This document shows, piece after piece, positions 44,495 to 53,527 of a stretch of DNA of 64,000 nucleotides. A program made the position numbers and the translations under genes. Numbering within the stretch: position 1 is the stretch's first letter; each line of letters opens with the position of its first letter. The DNA lies in NCBI RefSeq assembly GCF_030539665.1, contig NZ_JAUNXR010000003.1, positions 58,326 through 122,325 of the forward strand, written 5' to 3'. The notes under the pieces are model-generated. The model was not told the origin of the DNA. It worked only from the letters and a program-made list of their open reading frames with translations, and did not search any database. The DNA comes from Methanobrevibacter sp. (GTDB lineage Archaea; Methanobacteriota; Methanobacteria; Methanobacteriales; Methanobacteriaceae).

Positions 44495-44905
44495 TCATAA
44501 AATTATCACATGATTGGGTTCTATTTTTTCATAAAAAAGTTTTTTGAATTCATTTAAACTTTTATAGAAATAAATTAATTCTTTATCATCTACTAATTCA
44601 ATAGATTTAGCAACATCCATTGTAAACTGTATTAATCCTTTTTCAAGTTTTTCATATTCTTCATCATCTGCTAAAACTAATTTTTCACTTAATTTTATAA
44701 ATAAATAATCAAATTCACTCAACATTTTTATTATCCTATCTTTATCAAAACCACTTTCTATTGCTATATCTAAAATTGAAAGAAGAGTGACTTTTGTCTT
44801 TTCTAAAGCAACTTTTGCTCTAGTTGTACATAAAAGACAATATGATCTATCAACATTTATTTTTACTTTTTCTCTTATTGGTCTTTTAGATTCATATATT
44901 ATCAT
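44495..44905 (-). CDS. hypothetical helical protein (orphan)
   Basis: 136-aa ORF with GGAG about 9 nt upstream of the ATG. No family recognised. Confidence 0.5.
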   Translation of the reverse strand: MIIYESKRPIREKVKINVDRSYCLLCTTRAKVALEKTKVTLLSILDIAIESGFDKDRIIKMLSEFDYLFIKLSEKLVLADDEEYEKLEKGLIQFTMDVAKSIELVDDKELIYFYKSLNEFKKLFYEKIEPNHVIIL

Positions 44906-45418
44906 TATTACTTCTCCTAAAATCTTTTAACTGATTTCATAAAGATTATGATTTAAAGTTTAGCTTCATCAATAGAAATTGGATTATCAAGAGTACCAAA
45001 AAATATCCGGAAGTCTACCTCTCAATACACCAATGTTTCCAATGGGAATATTTTCTTTTATCTTTTAAATATAGGAATTTAAAATGATCTAGTTTTTCTT
45101 CCATAGTTCCCATGTTTTTAATTTTTTTAACAAATTAAACGGTAACTAATATTATCCCAACCAGATTCACTAGCTAAACTAAGCCCCATAATTCTCAATT
45201 TTACCACGTTTTATCTTTTTTGTTATATATATAACTTATGTTTATGTTGTACTTTTTTAAATGTTTATATATGTCCAAAACCAATTCCATATTTGAATTT
45301 GCAAATTCATTTAAATATTTATCACAAAGAGAATCATTGTCAACAATTGAATCCGAATTGCATGTTTTAAGAATAAATCTTACACTCCCAAAAAATATAA
45401 TCTTTTCACTCTATTTAA

Positions 45419-46702
45419 TCATAGTTTTAAAGTACCTATAGGAATCACTTTAATGCCATCTTTTCGAGTGTATGCCAATTTACCACCAGTAACAATTGCT
45501 AAAAAACTAGGGGCTTTTAAATTTAGATTCTTTTCTTTAATATTCTTTTTAATAAGATTATCTAATTTGATGAGATTTTTAGATCCATCTTCAATTTCCA
45601 TTCGACCTAATTTAAATTCTATTAATCCATATCTCCCATCTCTTAAATGAACCACACAATCTACCTCTAGACCATACCGGTCTCTAAAATAAGACACTCT
45701 TCCTCCATAAGGAGCCAAATAAACATTTAAATCCCTAATACATAATGTTTCAAAAATAGATCCAAATGTTCTTAAGTCAAATTCTAATGATTGAGGATTT
45801 AAATTTAATGCTGCAACTGCTATTGATGGATCAATAAATTCTTTTTTAAAAGAAGATTTTATCGCTGTTTTAGATCTAATGTTTGGAGTCCATGCCCTAA
45901 CATTATCAATAACAAATAATCTTTCTAATGCATTTACATATGAATAAAAAGTATTTTGAGACATGTCTCCATAATTAGTTTTGATGTCCTTTAATATTGT
46001 TGAATTACTTGCTTCTGTTGAAATATTTCTAGCATAAGATGATAATATACTTCTAACCCTTAAAGGATCTCTTTTAACTCCATCAACTGTAGATATATCA
46101 TCATTACAAATACTGTTTAAATAGATATATGGTAATTCTAACTGATCGGTTTTATTCTCAAATTTTAAACTTGCTGGCCATCCACCTCTACAAGCAGCAA
46201 ATATTAAATCTTCCATAGATAAATCAGATTCTATACCATCAATATCCAAATTAGAATTATTAAATAAGTCAATTATTGATATTTTTCCATTAGATTCTTT
46301 ACTTTCATATAAACTCATAGGTCTCATCAATAGTCTAACTATCCTGCCCGTTCCAGTATGTATTATTTTACTTTCATCAACAGATGTTGAACCAGTTAAA
46401 ATATATAAACCTGTTTCATTTAACTCATAAACACTTACTCTAACAGCATCCCATAAAACTGGAGCTATTTGCCATTCATCAATTAAACGAGGTTTTTCAC
46501 CACTTAAAAGTTTTGATGGCTTATAATAAGCCCACTCCAAATACGATTCTCTTTCATCAACATTTTATAAATTTAATACGCTATTAGCATGCCTCTTTCC
46601 TGTTGTAGTTTTACCACACCATTTAGGACCCATTATAAGAACAGCACCCATTATTCTTAAATATTTATCCAACATTTCATCAAGAACACGATCATAATAC
46701 AT
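45419..46702 (-). pseudogene. AAA ATPase (DUF4143-type) disrupted by an in-frame TAA
   Basis: ATG 46702 opens MYYDRVLDEMLDKYLRIMGAVLIMGPKWCGKTTTGKRHANSVLNL, which carries a Walker A motif. A TAA at 46565-46567 follows, and the same frame continues into the 373-aa ORF 45419-46540. Confidence 0.75.
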
Positions 46703-46773
46703 TATTTTTCACCCTACATAAACATCCTTTTTAGATAAAAATTGTGATAAATTGAACTATCTAGTAGAATATT

Positions 46774-47203
46774 TTAATAGATTATACTTTCTTGATTATT
46801 TAATGTATTTTGTAAATATTCAAAGAAATATCCAAATTCATGACCATTAACAAAAATATGACTTACAGTTATTGATACAGAAATTTCATTATCTTTATTC
46901 ATTTTTCCCCATGTTAGTAAAGGTTGTATGGCATTACCATCAACAACACAATTTGTAATAGCATTGAAATCCACCCAAGGAATGAATAAACAATTAATAA
47001 TATTTTCTAAATCTATTTTTTCCATTTCAACAGAAAATCCAGGATTTTTCAAGTGATAAAATATCGTTTTCTAATTGTTTATATTCATCACCCCATTGCT
47101 TAATATTTTCAAATCCTGTTGGTGATGTTACATTCATTTCACAAAATATTTGTTTTTCTTCATCCATAGATGGTTGGTCATATTAATTTTTTTCAATATT
47201 CAT
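46774..47203 (-). pseudogene. chloramphenicol-acetyltransferase-like (CAT family) remnant, truncated and frameshifted
   Basis: C-terminal part LFIPWVDFNA...LLTWGK...ISVSITVSHIFVNGHEFGYFFEYLQ parallels CAT FFVSANPWVSFTSF...FTMGKY...LAIQVHHAVCDGFH. Upstream CAT-like residues are in another frame. ATG 47203 is followed by a stop after 6 codons. Total length is far too short for a CAT. Confidence 0.5.
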
Positions 47204-47310
47204 ATTATTACAAAATGGTAATTGAATTACTTATAATGCTTTATTTTGAGATTTTTCCTTAAAAAGTATTACTTTTGAATAGATTTTATAATTTTGACCA
47301 AGCCCCTAGA

Positions 47311-47411
47311 GAAGAAATAAAAAATATTAAAGAAGTTATGATTTAGAAGAGTTGATTATGTTATAAAAATAAATATGAAATTAATGATTATCTTCTTGCA
47401 AATATTTAGGT
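47311..47411. repeat. right copy of ~100-bp imperfect inverted repeat
   Basis: See the left copy at 44371-44471. Weaker similarity (shared AAATAAAAAAAC) extends about 25 nt outward on both sides. Confidence 0.85.
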
Positions 47412-47592
47412 TTCCCTAATAGAAATAAAAAAACATATTATTTAACTTATAAAACCAAATAATCATCAATATAACTTCTTAAAAGAATAAAGTTATTTAT
47501 TGTTAAGATACTTGAAATTCATATAAACCGTAATGACTTACTTTCCCTACAACTATATTATCAATAAAATATTGGATTTTATAAACAAAAAA

Positions 47593-47694
47593 TTATAAAG
47601 GAGTCCCACAAAAAGGACAAATTACTTCACCAGATTCAATAAATTCCCCACAAATCGGACAAATAAAATCTTCTTCTGAATCATCATAACACAT
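47593..47694 (-). CDS. 33-aa zinc-ribbon microprotein (CPxCG...CPxCG)
   Basis: Hand-translated MCYDDSEEDFICPICGEFIESGEVICPFCGTPL, with GGTGA 5 nt upstream of the ATG. Below the ORF-track cutoff. Confidence 0.4.
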   Translation of the reverse strand: MCYDDSEEDFICPICGEFIESGEVICPFCGTPL

Positions 47695-47903
47695 ATTTTC
47701 ACCTAATTATATACTTAATATGTATATAATTATTAATAAAGTTATCTAAAAGTAATTTCACTAATATGTCTTATATGTTATTAATAAGTAAACATTAGAT
47801 GTTTATTCATTGATTTTAATTATTGAATTTTTCGCAAAAAATCGAACATTGATTACTTATCAATGATGGAAAACCTACTGGAAAATGAATTTTAACAGAC
47901 CCA

Positions 47904-48273
47904 TCAATAAGAAGAGTATATATTTATTAACAATTTATCCAGTGAAACAACGTAGTCCAAATCAAATTTATTATGAATAACTATGCTGGAGCAATCAATA
48001 AAACTGGCTTTATAACTTTTATTGTTGTACTTTTTAAATATTTCCACTTCATTTACAATATTGAAGTTATCATCCAGATAGCAATATGCCTTGGTTAACT
48101 CGATACCCTTTGTTTTACCACAACGACAGTTATAATTTCATTTAAAACACCGTTGCTAATATAACATTCATTTTCAAAGAAAATGTTTTTGTTTTTTTCA
48201 ATAATCTGTCTGGATGAATCTTTTCTTTTAAAGATAGGCATAAAAATAATGTATCGATAAACAGTTTACTCAT
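47904..48273 (-). pseudogene. PIN-domain (VapC-like) toxin remnant with at least two frameshifts
   Basis: PIN-like pieces lie in three frames: MSKLFIDT...; IFFENECYISNGVLNEII...; and KAYCYLDDNFNIVNEVEIFKKYNNKSYKASFIDCSSIVIHNKFDLDYVVSLDK. The ATG overlaps the stop of an upstream antitoxin-like fragment. Confidence 0.45.
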
Positions 48274-48622
48274 TGTAGATCAACTCATCAACATTCCAGT
48301 CTTCATCATCATCAAACATCCCAAACACATTATCAAATGTATCATATTGTTTCCCCAGATATCCCAATCAAAAATTGTGTTTTCATCAATTGGAAAATCT
48401 TCAAATTCTCTTTTATGATTTTAGGTAAATGTAGCTCGTCTTACCATGAAGTTTACTAAGATAGTTAAAACTACAAAAAATCAAATGGGTTCGGCGAAAT
48501 GTTTTAAAGAACAAATCAATCAAAAAACATATCAATAACAACACAATTACCAAAAAAAACCCATATAACCTCACGACAATTTTAGACCATGCTATTATGA
48601 TTTAAAAGGAAATAATATATGA

Positions 48623-49144
48623 TTAATGTTCATCATATAAACTATTTCCATGGCTGTCCATAGCCACTATAAGAGGTCCGAAGTCCTTGACCTTTAATTG
48701 CCACATAGCTTCAGGCATTCCCAAATCAAGCCAGTTAACATTTTCTATTTCTTCAATAGCATCAACATATAATGCTGCACAGCCACCAGTAGCAACCACA
48801 TAAACTGCACCGTGCTCTTTTAATGCTTCCCTTACTGTATCGTCCATTCCCCCTTTTCCAATGATTATTTTAGGACCCATGGCAATTACATCTGCCTGAT
48901 ATGGATTCATCCTCATTGAAGTGGTAGGACCAATGGCCACCATCTTATAATCCCCATCTTCCTCAGTTATTATTGGGCCTGCATGGAACAGTGCAGTATT
49001 CTCGATATCTGCAGGAGCACCCTCTTCAAGAAGTCTTTTATGTGCTTGATCACGTGCAGTAAAAATTGTACCGGTTAAACTGATTACATCCCCAGCCTTA
49101 AGTTTTGTTAAATCCTCCTTAACAGGAACATTAATTTCAATCAT
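48623..49144 (-). CDS. fumarate hydratase class I, beta (C-terminal) subunit
   Basis: GTIFTARDQAHKRL and GKGGM motifs of Fe-S hydro-lyase beta subunits. Confidence 0.85.
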   Translation of the reverse strand: MIEINVPVKEDLTKLKAGDVISLTGTIFTARDQAHKRLLEEGAPADIENTALFHAGPIITEEDGDYKMVAIGPTTSMRMNPYQADVIAMGPKIIIGKGGMDDTVREALKEHGAVYVVATGGCAALYVDAIEEIENVNWLDLGMPEAMWQLKVKDFGPLIVAMDSHGNSLYDEH

Positions 49145-49265
49145 ATACTCACCTAATATAATTTATTGATTAATCCAATAATAAATATTTTTAAAAAAGA
49201 TACATTTATTATATTTCATTTAAAAAAATTATACCATATTAAAATAATTATCAGATGGGTAAAAT

Positions 49266-51092
49266 ATGTCAAGTATGAGTAGTGTGGCAGGGTTGTCAAA
49301 ATATTTAACAACATTGCCGAAAACAAAAAACGCCATTTTAACTATGATTTTTATCAGTTTCATTACTGGAACAATATACTTCCTCATAAACCCGCTTTAC
49401 AAGATCGGTGTTGTGGAACAAGTAATTTATGGTGGAAGTTTCGGATTTTTTGTCCTGGGAATCAGTTCCATAATAAGCGGAGTCATAAGAGAACATGGAT
49501 TGAAAAAGTTACAAGGAATAAATTTCAAATTGAAGCATTCAATGTTTCTATCCCTTTTGTCAATGGTATTCATTTGCGTAATATTAATTCTAGGTGGAAT
49601 TTTTGAAATCCTGTTGGGTCAGAGATTCTTGTCAAACATTCTCCTATTCGGATGCGTTCTTATATTTGGAATAAACACATTGATCCTTTGGAGCGTAGCC
49701 AAGATAGGATTTTCCAAGTCTGCGGTTGTGGCAACTTTCCAACCATTATTGATACTGGCCACCTACATCATATTTTCATTCCTATCTGACATGCCAATAT
49801 TTGATGATACCAGCTTCACTACAATCGCATTAAAACTTGTTGGTGGAAGCATAATATTCATAATAGCCATCTACTCATTCATTACAGTGGTGGAATCCCC
49901 AATGAAAAAAAATTTAGGTATTGGGGTTCTTGATTTGTTGAGCCTGTTTTTAGCACACATGAACGAAGGATCAAATTCCCTTGAAAATCTCTTTGAACAC
50001 ATGGGAGAGTCAATCAGTACAATTGTTAGTTTTATAAGTTTTAAAAAGAAAGACTCCAATGATTTGAAATGTCTTTTCATAAGTCCTTGTGTTCACCCTG
50101 GACCATTGGGGGACATTGGAGGATCAAATATGCCAACAATATTGGCTAGCGACTATGACAATTTCACAATGGTTGCTCATGGCCCATCAACCCACGATTT
50201 TAACCCTGTTGCAGTAAAGGAAATAGACAAGATAAAAGAATCCATTAACAGAGGGCTTGAAAAAGCAGAATACTCATCAAAAGCAAGTGTCTTTAAAAGA
50301 TATGAACATAAAAATGTGAAGATTGGAGTTCAATTCTTCAACAAGGGAATGGTGCTTTTGAGCACATTTGCACCTAATGGAAGTGACGATATTGAATTCG
50401 GAGTCGGCCTTACCATGATGGCTCAAAGTAAAAGCAAATGCGAAGTAAAGGATTCCATTATTGTAGATTGCCATAATTCATTCACTCCCGAAAGTGGTGA
50501 AGTATTGCCTGGAAATGATGAGGTATTCGAGATAATTGAAGTTATTGACAAAATAGAATGTGCAAAAGAATATTCCGGACTGAAAGTCGGTTGTTCATAC
50601 GTCAATATGGAAGGTTTGGACAAAACCAATGGAATTGGACAGAGCGGATTGAAAACCATGGTTGTGGAAGTCAACAATCAGAGAACAGCATATCTCCTGT
50701 TTGATTCAAACAATATGGAAATAGGGTTCAGGCAGGAAATAATTGAAGCTGCAAACGATTTGGATATTGACGAGATTGAAGTGATGACCACTGATACCCA
50801 TTATGTGAATACTTTATCCAGAGGATACAACCCTATTGGAATAAATGAAAGAGAGAAAATTATTGAATTTGCTAAAAAAAGTATAAACGAGGCAATATCT
50901 AACCTTGAAGAAGTAGAAGTTGCCACAGGTACTGAAAAAATAGAAAATCTTAAAACATTCGGTCCAAACAATTCAACAGAACTTATTTCAACCATTAGTT
51001 CAATAGTGGCAGTAAGTAAAATTACAGCTCCTGTGTTGTTTATATCAGCATTGCTAATATTATTCGTGTGGATTTTCTACACAGGAATTTAA
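49266..51092 (+). CDS. DUF2070-like polytopic membrane protein with large soluble domain
   Basis: 608 aa: about 6-7 N-terminal TM helices, a central soluble domain and a C-terminal TM helix. The family call is from recalled architecture only. Confidence 0.55.
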   Translation: MSSMSSVAGLSKYLTTLPKTKNAILTMIFISFITGTIYFLINPLYKIGVVEQVIYGGSFGFFVLGISSIISGVIREHGLKKLQGINFKLKHSMFLSLLSMVFICVILILGGIFEILLGQRFLSNILLFGCVLIFGINTLILWSVAKIGFSKSAVVATFQPLLILATYIIFSFLSDMPIFDDTSFTTIALKLVGGSIIFIIAIYSFITVVESPMKKNLGIGVLDLLSLFLAHMNEGSNSLENLFEHMGESISTIVSFISFKKKDSNDLKCLFISPCVHPGPLGDIGGSNMPTILASDYDNFTMVAHGPSTHDFNPVAVKEIDKIKESINRGLEKAEYSSKASVFKRYEHKNVKIGVQFFNKGMVLLSTFAPNGSDDIEFGVGLTMMAQSKSKCEVKDSIIVDCHNSFTPESGEVLPGNDEVFEIIEVIDKIECAKEYSGLKVGCSYVNMEGLDKTNGIGQSGLKTMVVEVNNQRTAYLLFDSNNMEIGFRQEIIEAANDLDIDEIEVMTTDTHYVNTLSRGYNPIGINEREKIIEFAKKSINEAISNLEEVEVATGTEKIENLKTFGPNNSTELISTISSIVAVSKITAPVLFISALLILFVWIFYTGI

Positions 51093-51106
51093 AAAAAAAG
51101 GATTTT

Positions 51107-51388
51107 TTATAAAAATCCCATATAATTATATAATACAACGAATGAAATTATCCAAGTGAATAAGAATGGTGAAATTCCATCCCATAGCCATTGGCTAAAT
51201 CCACTAATTTCATCATTATAACGTTTTTGACAAGCTTGTCCAATGAAATAAAGAATAATGAATGGTAAAATACCTGCAAATACATCATTTTTAAAGCCGA
51301 ACCAACCAACAGATATTCCCAATGAAATAAATGCTGAAATAAGACCACCAATTACATGAATTGTTGTTACTTTAATTGTAGTATCCAT
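51107..51388 (-). CDS. small membrane protein (3 predicted TM helices)
   Basis: 93-aa hydrophobic ORF in a convergent gap. Confidence 0.5.
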   Translation of the reverse strand: MDTTIKVTTIHVIGGLISAFISLGISVGWFGFKNDVFAGILPFIILYFIGQACQKRYNDEISGFSQWLWDGISPFLFTWIISFVVLYNYMGFL

Positions 51389-51490
51389 TAGAGTCCTCCA
51401 AAATTAATTAAATAAAAAGTAAAATTTATACTAGTAATTATTATCTAAATTATTATATATAAAACATCGTATTAACAAAAAGTGATTATT

Positions 51491-53497
51491 ATGAAAACAA
51501 TGTCAAATGTTGATATTTACACAATAACAGACGAATTGAATAATTTGCTTGAAAATGCAAGAGTGGACAAATCATTCCAACCAATGAAAGATACTGTCGT
51601 TATCAGATTTCATGTTCCAGGAACAGGACGTGTAGACCTGGTTATGCAATGTGGAGTGCGTATGCATACAAGCCAGTATCCGTTGGAAAATCCTACACAA
51701 CCTCCATCATTCCCTATGCTTTTAAGAAAAAGAATTAAAGGAGCAAATGTCGTTAGTGTAAAGCAACACAACTTTGACAGGGTTGTTGAAATCAAGGTTA
51801 AAAAAGACAAGTATTACACAATCATCGTGGAATTGTTTGACAAAGGAAACATAATTCTTTTGGATGATGAGAACAACATTATATTGCCCCTTAAAAGAAA
51901 GCAGTGGAGCAGCAGGGACATCAGCTCCAAAAAAGAATATAAGTTTCCTGCAGAGCGCGGAATCAATCCCGTCACTGTTACTTTTGATGAACTGAAGGAG
52001 CTTTTCAAAAATTCCGATAGTGATGTTGTCCGTACACTGGCCAGGAACGGTCTTGGAAGCCTTTATGCTGAAGAGATAATCTTAAGGGCTGAAACCATTG
52101 ACAAGAATGATGATGCAGACAAATTATCCGATGAGGACATTGAAAAGCTTTACAACAGCATATTAAGCATATTTACCGATTTGAAGAATGACAACTTTAA
52201 ACCGCAAATCGTAAAATGTGAAAATAAGGAAGATGTTGTTCCTCTTGACTTGGATCAGTACAAGAATTGTGAAAAACAGTATTTCAAGAATTTCAATGAG
52301 GCCTGTGACGAATTTTATTCCAAAAAAATAAATGTTGGAATAAAAGATGTCAAGGAAGCCACATGGAACAAAAAGGTTGGCAAGTACGAGAAAAGATTGA
52401 AGCTACAAGAAGAAACAGTTCAAAATTTTAGAGATACAATCGAAACATGCCAGAATAAAGGAGAGCTTATCTATTCTAATTACACATCTGTTGAAAACCT
52501 GATTAATGTTGTTAATAATGCTAGAAGTAAGGACTATTCCTATAAGGAAATAGGCAAGACTCTTAAAAAGGCAAAGAATGACGGAATGGCAGAAGCCCAA
52601 TCATATGAAAGCATCGACAAGCTCGGAAACCTCACACTGAAATTCAATGACACATCCATAAACATTGATCCCCATATGAATGTTCCAGAAAATGCACAGA
52701 TTTATTATGAAAAGGCAAAAAAAGCTAAAAGAAAAATAAAAGGTGCATTGATAGCTATTGAAAACACCAAAAAGCAATTGGAAAAAATCAGAGCCAAAAA
52801 GGACATTGAAATGGAGAAAGTTCTATACCCTAAAAAAAGAGTTAAGAAAAACCTCAAATGGTATGAGAAACTTCGCTGGTTTATTACCTCAGACAATGTG
52901 TTGGTAATCGGAGGGCGTGACGCCAACACCAATGAAAGTGTTGTTAAGAAATATTTAGACAATAATGATATTTATTTGCATGCTGATATACATGGTGCAA
53001 GTTCAATTGTGGTAAAACTTGAAGGTGATGAAATAAATGACAATACCCTTCAACAATCTGCAAGCTTTGCTGCTTCATTTTCATCTGCTTGGTCAAAAGG
53101 TTTCTCTACACAAGACGTATACTGGGTCCATCCAGACCAAGTTTCAAAAACCCCTCAGGCTGGGGAATTTGTAGCGAAGGGTTCGTTTATAATAAGAGGA
53201 AATCGTAATTATGTCCGTGGAGCAAAAGTTCAGATAGCTATTGGAATTGTAGACTATGAAGGAAAAAGAATAATGGCAGGACCTGTCGAAGCCCTTGAAG
53301 CACACAGTGAAAATTTTGTTGTTCTGAAACCCGGCTATACCAAAAAGGAAGCAATAGCCAAAAAGGTACTTCACAAAATCAATGAAGATGACCTGTTGAC
53401 TTTAGATGATATCGTAAGAGTGTTGCCAGCCGGAAAATGTGACATTGACGAGGAATATCACCAAAGAAAAAAATATTTGGACAGAATGAAAAACTAG
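51491..53497 (+). CDS. NFACT-family protein (FbpA/RqcH/Rqc2 homologue, ribosome quality control)
   Basis: NFACT-N, coiled-coil and NFACT-R (DUF814: IYLHADIHGASS) regions. ATG 51491 is preceded by GTGAT. Confidence 0.8.
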   Translation: MKTMSNVDIYTITDELNNLLENARVDKSFQPMKDTVVIRFHVPGTGRVDLVMQCGVRMHTSQYPLENPTQPPSFPMLLRKRIKGANVVSVKQHNFDRVVEIKVKKDKYYTIIVELFDKGNIILLDDENNIILPLKRKQWSSRDISSKKEYKFPAERGINPVTVTFDELKELFKNSDSDVVRTLARNGLGSLYAEEIILRAETIDKNDDADKLSDEDIEKLYNSILSIFTDLKNDNFKPQIVKCENKEDVVPLDLDQYKNCEKQYFKNFNEACDEFYSKKINVGIKDVKEATWNKKVGKYEKRLKLQEETVQNFRDTIETCQNKGELIYSNYTSVENLINVVNNARSKDYSYKEIGKTLKKAKNDGMAEAQSYESIDKLGNLTLKFNDTSINIDPHMNVPENAQIYYEKAKKAKRKIKGALIAIENTKKQLEKIRAKKDIEMEKVLYPKKRVKKNLKWYEKLRWFITSDNVLVIGGRDANTNESVVKKYLDNNDIYLHADIHGASSIVVKLEGDEINDNTLQQSASFAASFSSAWSKGFSTQDVYWVHPDQVSKTPQAGEFVAKGSFIIRGNRNYVRGAKVQIAIGIVDYEGKRIMAGPVEALEAHSENFVVLKPGYTKKEAIAKKVLHKINEDDLLTLDDIVRVLPAGKCDIDEEYHQRKKYLDRMKN

Positions 53498-53527
53498 TTT
53501 TTAAAAAAAAAGGATTGTTGAAGAGAT

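Noticed and set aside
45238-45441. 67-aa plus-strand ORF, and several 20-60-codon minus-strand ORFs, in 44906-45418. One piece (IPIGNIGVL) vaguely echoes the ATPase C-terminus (VIPIGTLKL).
   Set aside because: No SD, a composition typical of random AT-rich DNA, and a match too short to call a second ATPase remnant.
46565-46567. In-frame TAA in the ATPase as programmed recoding (readthrough, Sec or Pyl).
   Set aside because: Sec uses UGA and Pyl uses UAG, and no TAA recoding is known in methanogens. The neighbouring genes are also decayed, so a nonsense mutation is the simpler reading.
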